The position numbers and the translations under genes were made by a program. The notes below the pieces were generated by a model that saw nothing but the letters and a program-made list of their open reading frames with translations, was not told the origin of the DNA and did no database searches. A stretch of 24,259 bases of DNA, taken from IMG/VR virus record IMGVR_UViG_3300008255_000462, positions 1 through 24,259 of that record. One strand, given 5' to 3'. Shown piece after piece: positions 1 through 7,992 of the stretch (its first letter is position 1; every line of letters starts with the position of its first letter). Origin of the DNA: a virus (Duplodnaviria; Caudoviricetes).

Positions 1-941
1 GATAAGGATGGTGACTCAGAAGAAGAAGGAACTGGTTCAGTATAATAAACTTGAATGCTTATATAATCTACTTTTGCATAAGATGGATTTAAAGAGAAAT
101 TATGTACTAAAATATCATCTGCAAAGAAATTATTGTTTTTCTCTATTTTTAAAGTGAAAACTGAATCATCTATTAATTCTGATTTAATCTTATTTATTGT
201 TATTTCTCTATCTCTTTTTATTAAAATATCACCTGGCAATAAATCTTCCATTTTTTTATAACCATTAGTGGTATAAACTTTATGATCTCCAGTAATAACT
301 ATTTTTTCAATTCCTTCATTAGATGTAATTTTGTACATCTTACGAGGAGTTTTTTCATATATAAAAACATCTAAAACAGTATCTTCAACTAATTTTCCAG
401 TAGAATTATCTCTTGATAAAACTTTATCTCCAATTTTTATATCTCTAATTAATTTTTCTCCATCTGGAGTTAAAATCATAGAGTTAGATAATAAACACGC
501 TGTTGTAGAGCTTTTTCCTTCTACACGAACTATAATTCCATCAATAGTAGATCCAGTTGGAATTGAAAATCCATAATTAGTTGCTTCTAATGGATCTGAT
601 CGGTCAGAAATTATTATTTGTGTTCTAAAACCAAAATTTGAAGCATTTATATCTTCTGCTGTCCATGTTAATCCCCAAAGTTCAGTAGAGTCTCCATATG
701 TCCAAATTGAATCTGAAGTAGAAAAAACATTAGAACCAGTAGATAGATCTGTTCCAGATGCAATTCCTCCTTTTACCATTTGTGCAAGAGTGTCGTATGG
801 ACTTCCTGTACCTAAAGTAGAAGCAGTAGTAGCATAAGCATCATCACCAGTACCAGTAATATTTGAAGGATTATTCCAATCAATATTAGCACCAGCTATA
901 CTTGTTCCAGTTCCAGCATAGACCTGACCCGTATCAGACAT
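1..941 (-). CDS. Virion-associated beta-rich protein with an inserted Hint domain; 3' end runs off the window; missing from the ORF track
   Basis: Manual translation from ATG at 941 (SD AAGGAG, overlaps the SET gene stop) is open for 313 codons to the window edge: MSDTGQVYAGTGTSIAGANIDWNNPSNITG...TYGDSTELWGLTWTAEDINASNFGF...ATNYGFSIPTGSTIDGIIVRVEGKSSTTA-[Hint]-FSLNPSYAKVDYISIQVYYTEPVPSSSESPSLS. Confidence 0.85.
   Translation of the reverse strand, partial: MSDTGQVYAGTGTSIAGANIDWNNPSNITGTGDDAYATTASTLGTGSPYDTLAQMVKGGIASGTDLSTGSNVFSTSDSIWTYGDSTELWGLTWTAEDINASNFGFRTQIIISDRSDPLEATNYGFSIPTGSTIDGIIVRVEGKSSTTACLLSNSMILTPDGEKLIRDIKIGDKVLSRDNSTGKLVEDTVLDVFIYEKTPRKMYKITSNEGIEKIVITGDHKVYTTNGYKKMEDLLPGDILIKRDREITINKIKSELIDDSVFTLKIEKNNNFFADDILVHNFSLNPSYAKVDYISIQVYYTEPVPSSSESPSL
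99..497 (-). other. Hint (intein/BIL-like) domain, 133 aa, no endonuclease
   Basis: Block A CLLSNSMILTPDGEKLIRDIKIGDKV, block B ITGDHKVYT (TxxH), blocks F/G VFTLKIEKNNNFFADDILVHN. The +1 residue is Phe. Confidence 0.9.
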
Positions 942-1380
942 TACCAACTCCTTTTATTATTTTTATATGATCTTGGGATATTTTTTTTAAAATCTTATAA
1001 TAAAAATTATAGTTAGAAAATATTTCTTCTCCACATTTTATTAATTTATTTGTTTTACCAGTAGATAAATCATAATTTTCATTATTGGAATGATTCATAA
1101 ATTTTGATATATCTGCATCAGCATTAGGTGAATGAAAGCTTATGTTATCATCTACCCATGCATTCCTATCTAAAATTATTTCTTGAATAGATTTATCTAG
1201 TTTTAAAAAATACTCTTCATTAAGAATAAAATCTTCTTGTAAAAGAGTATCGCATACTAAAACCGTACCTTCTGGAATATCTCTTATAGCAAAAACACCA
1301 ACACCATGAATAGAAGAAGGAACTAATCTAGTCCAAACAGTACTATTCAAGCGATCAACTATCTGTTGCATCTGTACCAT
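934..1380 (-). CDS. SET-domain protein (putative protein-lysine methyltransferase)
   Basis: SET motifs PSSIHGVGVFAIRDIPEGT, FMNHS and IKCGEEIFSNY. Confidence 0.85.
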   Translation of the reverse strand: MVQMQQIVDRLNSTVWTRLVPSSIHGVGVFAIRDIPEGTVLVCDTLLQEDFILNEEYFLKLDKSIQEIILDRNAWVDDNISFHSPNADADISKFMNHSNNENYDLSTGKTNKLIKCGEEIFSNYNFYYKILKKISQDHIKIIKGVGNV

Positions 1381-2408
1381 CAGTTCCCTTCAGCATCGTT
1401 ACTAATCTCAAGAACCCTAACCTCATTCCCATTTGTTTCAGCTATTGCATACACTTTCATGTATTGGCCAGCATCAATTGGAGGAGAGTATCCCTGGTCC
1501 ATAACTGGCATACCATTAGCAACTGTTACATCAGCACCTCCAATAAAGATTGGACTTCCTGAATTATTGAATACAAGTAATGATCTTCTTTGGCTTAATG
1601 CTGTAGCTGGCAAAGGTACTGCTGTTGTGCCAACAGTAACCACTGTAGAAAGTGGAACTCCTCGTAAACTATTAATGTTAATGTTTGTAACTGGTGTTGG
1701 AATGTGTTGTGGTGGGAAGTTAGTAACTTCAACCTTACCGCTTGAACCTCCACTTCCACCAACTTCTATCTCTTTTATTACTTTAGATAAAGCAACTAAG
1801 TCATCACTGATGGTTTCTTCCATCTTTTTGACAGCTTTTTTAATATCATCGCCCTCTTTCATTGAAAATTGCTTAGGAAACTTGAATTCTGGGAATTCAT
1901 TTGGTTTTAAGCCTGGTAGTAAATCATTTATCTTTTTTAAACCCGTTTTTAGGTCGCTAAAACCCTTCACTAGAGGGGAAATATCTACTTTTTCTTGCTT
2001 TTCTGCCTTTGGGAACTTAATATCGTCAAAATTAGTGATCTCAAAGGCTGTAGTTGATAATGGAAAATTAGAAACTTCAAAAGATTTTGGGAATTCTGGA
2101 AAGTTTAGCACTTCCGCTTGAACTCTGCCAGTTATAGTACGATCTTTTCCAACTTCTTTATCTCTAATTTGTTGAAGTGTCTCTTCTATCTTTGACAGAG
2201 ACACTTCCTTGTTAATCAATTTGTCTATTCGTTCTTTTACGCCACGTGTATTCTTGGCCACTTCCTTGTGTAAGTTAGTGTCCTGATTTTCGACCTTAAC
2301 TGAAAGAGTCTTTTTAAAGTATTTCTCAAATAGATCAGAAAAGTAATCCTTAACATTCTTTAATATTAAAGACTGTAGTCTTTTTTGAACCAATTCCTCT
2401 TTCTCCAT
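1380..2408 (-). CDS. Putative virion protein: charged/coiled-coil N-terminus and beta-sandwich C-terminus
   Basis: 342 aa ORF with SD GAAAGG. A GGSGGSSG linker precedes VTVGTTAVPLPATALSQRRSLLVFNNSGSPIFIGGADVTVANGMPV, a pattern typical of phage structural beta-domains. It lies downstream of the capsid gene. Confidence 0.6.
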   Translation of the reverse strand: MEKEELVQKRLQSLILKNVKDYFSDLFEKYFKKTLSVKVENQDTNLHKEVAKNTRGVKERIDKLINKEVSLSKIEETLQQIRDKEVGKDRTITGRVQAEVLNFPEFPKSFEVSNFPLSTTAFEITNFDDIKFPKAEKQEKVDISPLVKGFSDLKTGLKKINDLLPGLKPNEFPEFKFPKQFSMKEGDDIKKAVKKMEETISDDLVALSKVIKEIEVGGSGGSSGKVEVTNFPPQHIPTPVTNININSLRGVPLSTVVTVGTTAVPLPATALSQRRSLLVFNNSGSPIFIGGADVTVANGMPVMDQGYSPPIDAGQYMKVYAIAETNGNEVRVLEISNDAEGN

Positions 2409-2417
2409 CTGGCCTTT

Positions 2418-2690
2418 CTATTGTCTAGAAGCTATTACGTGGATTGTTGGAGTTCCTGTATCAGCCATATAGTTTAATTGACTAAATGAAATGTCAAAAC
2501 TAACTGGAGTATCAGCTACCAATCTAAATCTTCCTTCTGCTGTAACTGCTTTATCAAAATTGACAAAACAAGCTCCACTAGCTACTAATGTGACATGTGT
2601 TCTTACTAAGAGCATGTCCTCTTTTTGGTTTGCATCTGAACAGGTTAAGACTTTAACAAAAGCTGTATCATGATTATTATTTACTGCCAT
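2418..2690 (-). CDS. Small beta-rich protein, possible capsid decoration/virion protein
   Basis: 90 aa, SD AAGGA, alternating beta-strand pattern, located in the head module. Function is inferred from position only. Confidence 0.55.
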   Translation of the reverse strand: MAVNNNHDTAFVKVLTCSDANQKEDMLLVRTHVTLVASGACFVNFDKAVTAEGRFRLVADTPVSFDISFSQLNYMADTGTPTIHVIASRQ

Positions 2691-2701
2691 AATTTCCTTT
2701 T

Positions 2702-3319
2702 CTATAATGTATATATACTATAACTACCGTTATTCATTTCTCGTTTTGGCATTTCTTTGCACCTATAGTGATCTCCATGCCAGCCTTCCAGCACCGTTAT
2801 CGGGTATTGTTTGGCTTTTATGTAGAAGAAGAGTGAATCGTGTCCACCGAACTTCTTTCCTACATTTTCTTTAGGTATCTGTACTATCTTAAATCCATCA
2901 TCCACGAAGTTGAGGTTTTTATCAACTTCAAACCATGGTTCTGGTATGTTTTCAAATACCTCTCTCTTAATTAATGTACATCCAATTCCACACCAAGCTG
3001 GCTTCCCATCTATTTCATAGACGTGGGATTTTCCAGCTCCGACTGTGTAGTCCATGGTGACAATTGGATTTCCTTTTTCTGCAACTCTAAGTAATTCTTT
3101 AAGCACGCCATCTGGTAATTCGTTATCTTCCTCGACCATCCAAATGTAATCAGCTCCATTATCAAGAGCAATCCTGACACCATCATTAAAACAATTAGGC
3201 ATAGGTAAACCAATGGAAAATATAATATCTCTTTGATTAATGTTTTTAAGCAAGCTGGAGATAGTTTTAGCATAAATTAAACCCCTTGTTGGGAGAACTG
3301 CTTTAACTATTTTATTCAT
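2702..3319 (-). CDS. GT-A fold (GT2-like) glycosyltransferase in the head module
   Basis: AVLPTRG N-terminal strand, ADYIWMVEEDN (DxD-equivalent), CGIGCTLIKREVFE..PWF and GGHDSLF. SD GGGAG. Confidence 0.75.
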   Translation of the reverse strand: MNKIVKAVLPTRGLIYAKTISSLLKNINQRDIIFSIGLPMPNCFNDGVRIALDNGADYIWMVEEDNELPDGVLKELLRVAEKGNPIVTMDYTVGAGKSHVYEIDGKPAWCGIGCTLIKREVFENIPEPWFEVDKNLNFVDDGFKIVQIPKENVGKKFGGHDSLFFYIKAKQYPITVLEGWHGDHYRCKEMPKREMNNGSYSIYTL

Positions 3320-3334
3320 GTTTGGTCTCCCAAG

Positions 3335-3360
3335 GAGGGAGGTCCTTACGGACCTCCCTC
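3335..3360 (-). terminator. GC-rich hairpin after the capsid gene (3' stabiliser or partial terminator; no U-tract)
   Basis: Perfect 11-bp stem GAGGGAGGTCC/GGACCTCCCTC with a GTAA (GNRA) loop on the minus strand. It is followed by CTTGGGAG rather than a U run. Confidence 0.6.
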
Positions 3361-3369
3361 TAATTAAAA

Positions 3370-4242
3370 TTAAACCTTGGTTGAACGGATCTCAACACCG
3401 AATTCTGGACGAAGTGTCTTAACACCATAAATGATGTCAGTGACAACTTTGTCAGCAAGCATGTCTAAATCGTATTCCATTTGGACTCTTGGAGCTAATT
3501 GCATAGCTAAGGCCCAAGCTTCTTTGTGGATCAACACGTTATGTACGTAGTTGGTTGTACCTGTTGAGATAGCTACATTATTAGTGTAGTAAACAGGGAT
3601 ACCATACAAAGTACCGAACATAGATCTACTTGAAGGACCATCTTGAACTCTTGTTGGGAGATCATATTGGCCTAGGAAGTCAGCTTTAACGAACTTGTCG
3701 ATTGCCATTAATGCAGTCATTTGACCAGCATGAATGATGAAACAACGATCTTCCATAGGAACATCTTGTAGTTCTAGTTGCTGAATACCAGCTAGGATAG
3801 ATGCATCAGTGATGTCGGATTCGTAAGAACCTACGTCAGTATTAGTGAACCCTGTATAGAGTGCTAATAGGTCAGTGTCGACTGCCTTTGCGATCTGATA
3901 GCCTGCTCTTGAAGTGTACTCACTTGTGAGGTCATATTTGGATTGTTTAGCCAATTTGTCCTCGATAGCAAATGCAACATACTTGTGTTGATCGATAGAA
4001 ATATCTACTGAAGTTTCAGTGATAGTGTCTAAAGTAACATTAGTGTTAGCAGACTTATCTCTAGCGGAATCAAAGTTAGAAATATTAGGTACGTGAATCA
4101 CGTCTCCATATTCTGCTGACTCAGCATCAAATCTTTTTACTTTTGGAGCTACGACTAATGCACTTTCGGTTGCAACGATGGTCGATTGACTCCATACTTC
4201 TGGTATAAAACTAGCAGAAGTTGTGGTTGTAAAATTTGCCAT
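3370..4242 (-). CDS. Major capsid protein (HK97 fold; P22-coat/N4-gp56/T7-like family)
   Basis: FIPEVWS, GDVIHVP, ISIDQHKYVAFAIED, AGYQIAKAVDTDLL, GTLYGIPVYYTNN, HKEAWALAMQ and DIIYGVKTLRPE. Strong SD GAAAGGT; follows the scaffold gene. Confidence 0.92.
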   Translation of the reverse strand: MANFTTTTSASFIPEVWSQSTIVATESALVVAPKVKRFDAESAEYGDVIHVPNISNFDSARDKSANTNVTLDTITETSVDISIDQHKYVAFAIEDKLAKQSKYDLTSEYTSRAGYQIAKAVDTDLLALYTGFTNTDVGSYESDITDASILAGIQQLELQDVPMEDRCFIIHAGQMTALMAIDKFVKADFLGQYDLPTRVQDGPSSRSMFGTLYGIPVYYTNNVAISTGTTNYVHNVLIHKEAWALAMQLAPRVQMEYDLDMLADKVVTDIIYGVKTLRPEFGVEIRSTKV

Positions 4243-4262
4243 TTTACCTTTCTTTTAAAAAG

Positions 4263-4982
4263 TTATTCCAGTTGGCCCTGCATCTTTAGAATCTTCTCTC
4301 TGTTCTTAGTAAAGAATTCTTTTCCGTCTGGCTGTCTAAGCCTTTCAGCAAGTGATTCTCTGGTCCAAGGTTGGGATGTCCCGATTCTTGATTTAGTACC
4401 TTCTGTTTTAACAACTTTTTGTTTTTTACTTGTTAATTTATCTGCCTCGTAAGCTACTATTTCATCGTGATACATATCTCGATAAACAGCTCTTGGATTC
4501 CAATTTTGAGTTCTTTTCATTTCCCTCTCAATTTCATCCCGATCATACTTTGGCAACCCACTTTGTGAAGATATATCTCTGGCTAAGTCATTGTGTAACT
4601 GATCGAAGTACATTCGATCCTCAATAGCCTTGAGTTTTTCATTCACTTTTTTATCTACATAGCTTTGATTAGCTACGCCAAGTTCTTGAAGTCGGTTAAA
4701 AGCTCGGTTCTCTTCGTCAGTCATGTTGTTAGTTTTTGGCATTGGAACTCTTTGATTTGACTCAAGGACTTCTAACCTCAACTGGAGTTTTTCTCTTTCT
4801 AGCTTTTCCTTTTGAGCTATTGTTTCAGCTTCTCTTTTAAGGTTAGCTAGTTTTTGAAATCTCTCCTGTGACTTTCCGTCAAGTGAACTCCACTCTTCTG
4901 GGGTTTCAACTTCTTCTACTTTTGAAAGTTCTTCTGTTGGAGAAACAGTCTGGACTTCTTCCAGTTGCATGTCATCTGACAT
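4263..4982 (-). CDS. Capsid scaffolding protein
   Basis: Acidic N-terminus, QERFQKL coiled coil, helical and charged throughout. Lies between portal and capsid. SD GAAAGGGAG. Confidence 0.75.
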   Translation of the reverse strand: MSDDMQLEEVQTVSPTEELSKVEEVETPEEWSSLDGKSQERFQKLANLKREAETIAQKEKLEREKLQLRLEVLESNQRVPMPKTNNMTDEENRAFNRLQELGVANQSYVDKKVNEKLKAIEDRMYFDQLHNDLARDISSQSGLPKYDRDEIEREMKRTQNWNPRAVYRDMYHDEIVAYEADKLTSKKQKVVKTEGTKSRIGTSQPWTRESLAERLRQPDGKEFFTKNREKILKMQGQLE

Positions 4983-5009
4983 AGGCTTACTCCCTTTCTT
5001 TTTATATTT

Positions 5010-5099
5010 GTAACGTCAATTATCGGTTACGAACCGTCTTGGTGGGCCAAGTGGCTTCAGAGTACAAATATGTATTACTGAAGCCAATAAGCCCACCAA
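5010..5099 (-). promoter_or_regulatory. Structured RNA element upstream of the scaffold gene
   Basis: Long interrupted hairpin at 5039-5099 (TTGGTGGGC/GCCCACCAA, TGGCTTCAG/CTGAAGCCA, TACA/TGTA), plus CGGTT-CGT-AACCG (5024-5036) overlapping an alternative GTAAC/GTTAC stem. Confidence 0.6.
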
Positions 5100-5110
5100 A
5101 ATAGCTAAGG

Positions 5111-5254
5111 CTATACTGTACCACCCTTTCTCGATTGAGGATAGCGATTTGCGATTCGCTTAACAGGTGGATTTTTTCTGTCTGATTTGGACATTGCGGA
5201 CATTCCTTTAGCAGATACTTTTCTGCCTGGGGAAACGCTTTTACTGTCTGTCAT
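5111..5254 (-). CDS. Small basic protein, 47 aa (not in the ORF track)
   Basis: SD GAAAGGA then MTDSKSVSPGRKVSAKGMSAMSKSDRKNPPVKRIANRYPQSRKGGTV*. It fills the portal-scaffold gap. Confidence 0.65.
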   Translation of the reverse strand: MTDSKSVSPGRKVSAKGMSAMSKSDRKNPPVKRIANRYPQSRKGGTV

Positions 5255-5290
5255 GCATTCCTTTCTATACTATTTACTACTGTCTGACAT

Positions 5291-7612
5291 CTACGATGTA
5301 GGCATTTGATTACCTGGCCCTCCTAATAATGCTGATGCTGTTGGAGGTAATTCTGGTACTCCAGCACTAAATTGAGCTATGTCTGGAACTGATGGTGGCA
5401 TTGGTGGCATCATGTTTGGAGCTGGTTGTGCTAATCCCATTGTAGGATCTTGCATAACTGGAGGTGGTAATGGACCTGTTGGTGGCATTGGTGGCATCTC
5501 GTTAGCTACAGGAGCTTGGGTTGGCTGGATTGATGCTCCACCGCCCTTCTGTGCTCTTCTATGTTCCTGTACATGTGACATTATCTGCTTCTTGTTTTCA
5601 TCTTCAATAATAGAAGTATGAATAGCAATATGTAGTTCATGGTCATCTGTCTCAGGATCAACTGGAACTGGAGAACCTTCCATTAACATCTCATTCTCTG
5701 CCAATGCTAACTGCTCCTGGCTAATACCACTTGGCATCTCTGGAGCTTCTTTTCTCTTCATCTCGACTAAGGCCTCAACCCTTGTCTTGTCCACAATATC
5801 TTGGATATCTGGGAACTCGAAGTATTTTAGCACTGTTTCTTTATCAATCAATCCTGCTTCTGCCATATCTAATAAGACTTTTTGTCTACCTTCTTTGGTG
5901 TAAGCTAACCATGATCCAATACTGACACTTAACTCATTATTATAAGCAATCTGGGCCAATGGATATTTCTCTTCACCAATGGTCCACTTCTCTTTATCTT
6001 CAGCAATGAAGCCTTCACCGACAACTGCAAAGTGTTCAACTAATCTACCTGTACCAACAACCTTCTTGACTCTTGGTGTGTCGTAGTGTTTAGCAACTTT
6101 TTTAAGAACCTTGTCTCCAAGTCTCATTAAACATTCCTCAAGGTTCTGTACCAAGTCATCTTGGTTAGTAGAATCTGATTGTTTAAGTTCAGCAATTCCA
6201 ATACCAGATTTAATAGCTGAAGGAACTCTACCTAGAGTTGCATCGTGAACTCCAGCAATATCTTCCATGTTGGTTCTTGTTCTAGCTAATTGTTGTTCAA
6301 AAGAAGAAGGTAATGGAGTTATTGGTAAACCTTTAACTTCTGCTCCCCTATTCTTTTCAATAATAGATCCATGTTCATTAACAATAGCTCTGACTCCAGA
6401 GTTCTTATCAATAACTAGTCTACCCTTAGCAAATCTATAGTGGTAATCAAACATTGAGGATTCTAAAGCATTGTAAACTCTGTTCATTGCAATGACGTGT
6501 CTACTCCATGATTCACCATACATTTCAAGAGGATTCATATCAGCCTGGAAGATCTCCATGTCGTAATACTCTTGGTCAATGGTCTCAAATCTTAGAGGTT
6601 CTGGGATCTCATTGGTCCAGGTAAGAACCTCTATCTTTACATTACCATCATCATCAAATGTCTTTTCTTGTAGTTCATAAAGAATAGTAGTTTCATTATC
6701 AACTGTTTGTTGTTGGCTATCTTGGATAGTCTGAATCAAGAACTGTTTGTATTCACTCTCAGCTCTCTTTAAAGTACCACCTGTTACTGAGTCTCTTATC
6801 TTGTCTTTGTATCTAGGATCTGTCTTAATCTTATCAATGTCTGTTCTAACAGCCTTAATAACAAATGAGGCTTCTTCCAGGTCTGTAGCATTTGGATCAA
6901 AGTATATATCATAGGGATCATGGAGTCTGATTCTAACTTCTCCCCTTGGTTGATTCTTACCGTTATCAAAATCTTCATCCCAATATGTCTCGAATGGGCC
7001 ACCAACTGAAAAGAATAATCCTTGAGTAACAGCATCTTTAACTAACTTGGTTAAGTTATTTATCTTGAATATGTGGTCCAAGGTCTTACCAGCTAATCTA
7101 GCATTACTCTCTGATTTCTTTCCTTTAAACTCTGGAAGAACTTCCCATTTAGGCTTGAATGATGTTACCTGGTTCTTAATAGATCTAGCGAAGGCCCAAG
7201 TCAAGTTGACTGGAATTTTAGAGTTAGCTTTAGAACTCATGGTGATAGAACCTGTTCGTTGGTTATTAGATACGAATTGATACCCTCTTCTGAACAAGTC
7301 TCTACTTAACCATTCTCTATCATACTTACGTCTAGCATTCTTAGCATAGGCAAGTAATCTCTTAGCACGTTCTAGTTTCTCAAGGCCCTTAGCTTTCTTA
7401 GCCTCTTCTTCATCTTCTTTTTCACCCATGGCATTCTTAATAGCCTCTTCATCTACTTCTTCTTTATCTTCTGATTCATCTTCTGTAGATTCTTCTACTT
7501 CACTCTCAACTGGTTTAACTTCTTCTTTGTAAGATTGATCTTCAACATCTTGAGTCTCTTCGATCTCTGTTTCTAATTCTTCTGGTTTGATTTTGGTGGA
7601 TTTTTTAGGCAT
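5291..7612 (-). CDS. Portal protein (P22-like)
   Basis: 773 aa after TerL. KIPVNLTWAF, HDPYDIYFDPNA, YGESWSRHVIAMNRVYN, MEDIAGVHDATLG..PSAIKSGIGIAELKQ, DDHELHIAIH and a Pro-rich tail. Confidence 0.9.
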   Translation of the reverse strand: MPKKSTKIKPEELETEIEETQDVEDQSYKEEVKPVESEVEESTEDESEDKEEVDEEAIKNAMGEKEDEEEAKKAKGLEKLERAKRLLAYAKNARRKYDREWLSRDLFRRGYQFVSNNQRTGSITMSSKANSKIPVNLTWAFARSIKNQVTSFKPKWEVLPEFKGKKSESNARLAGKTLDHIFKINNLTKLVKDAVTQGLFFSVGGPFETYWDEDFDNGKNQPRGEVRIRLHDPYDIYFDPNATDLEEASFVIKAVRTDIDKIKTDPRYKDKIRDSVTGGTLKRAESEYKQFLIQTIQDSQQQTVDNETTILYELQEKTFDDDGNVKIEVLTWTNEIPEPLRFETIDQEYYDMEIFQADMNPLEMYGESWSRHVIAMNRVYNALESSMFDYHYRFAKGRLVIDKNSGVRAIVNEHGSIIEKNRGAEVKGLPITPLPSSFEQQLARTRTNMEDIAGVHDATLGRVPSAIKSGIGIAELKQSDSTNQDDLVQNLEECLMRLGDKVLKKVAKHYDTPRVKKVVGTGRLVEHFAVVGEGFIAEDKEKWTIGEEKYPLAQIAYNNELSVSIGSWLAYTKEGRQKVLLDMAEAGLIDKETVLKYFEFPDIQDIVDKTRVEALVEMKRKEAPEMPSGISQEQLALAENEMLMEGSPVPVDPETDDHELHIAIHTSIIEDENKKQIMSHVQEHRRAQKGGGASIQPTQAPVANEMPPMPPTGPLPPPVMQDPTMGLAQPAPNMMPPMPPSVPDIAQFSAGVPELPPTASALLGGPGNQMPTS

Positions 7613-7890
7613 TATCTGATTATGTTAATGGGTTTCTTCACTCCGTCTACTACTACCTCTGATACTTTTCTGATATCAAAATCTTCTCCTGGAGTTGCTA
7701 AATCATTCTGTTCCATAACAACATTTTCAGACGGAGATTTAACCGTTTCTGATTTCCTAGCTCTATGATATTCAGTAATATCTACTGATTTGAGTAGTTC
7801 TTGGAGTTTTGTGACTTGTAGAAAATGTATTATTTCTCTCAAGGTCATGAATGTTATTAGTGATATGATCGTGACAATTTCAAAGTTCAT
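7612..7890 (-). CDS. Hypothetical protein with an N-terminal hydrophobic segment
   Basis: 92 aa beginning FEIVTIISLITFMTL. TAATG coupling to the portal gene. First gene after the attenuator. Confidence 0.7.
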   Translation of the reverse strand: MNFEIVTIISLITFMTLREIIHFLQVTKLQELLKSVDITEYHRARKSETVKSPSENVVMEQNDLATPGEDFDIRKVSEVVVDGVKKPINIIR

Positions 7891-7896
7891 ATGTAT

Positions 7897-7932
7897 AAAA
7901 AAAGACAGCTCTAGATAAATTCTAAAACTGCC
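7897..7932 (-). terminator. Intrinsic terminator (attenuator) in the head-operon leader
   Basis: GGCAGTTTTAGA-ATTTA-TCTAGAGCTGTC followed by T7. The 12-bp stem has 3 G.U pairs that only form on the minus strand. Confidence 0.85.
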
Positions 7933-7951
7933 TACGGTTTCTCCGACAAGC
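7930..7951 (-). promoter_or_regulatory. Candidate antiterminator hairpin overlapping the terminator 5' arm
   Basis: GCTTG(T)CGG-AGAAA-CCGTAGGC. Its last GGC is also the first 3 nt of the terminator stem. Confidence 0.6.
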
Positions 7952-7962
7952 TACTTTATTTA

Positions 7963-7992
7963 AGTATATACTGATTATATTCAAAATGTCAA
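7963..7992 (-). promoter_or_regulatory. Sigma70-type promoter for the head operon
   Basis: TTGACA (7987-7992, overlapping the upstream TGA) - 18 nt - TATACT (7963-7968). Confidence 0.75.

Noticed and set aside
331-576. 81-aa plus-strand ORF
   Set aside because: Antisense to the Hint-containing gene, which has clear motifs.
1366-2121. 251-aa plus-strand ORF
   Set aside because: Antisense shadow of the 1380-2408 gene, with no SD, no promoter and no recognisable motifs.
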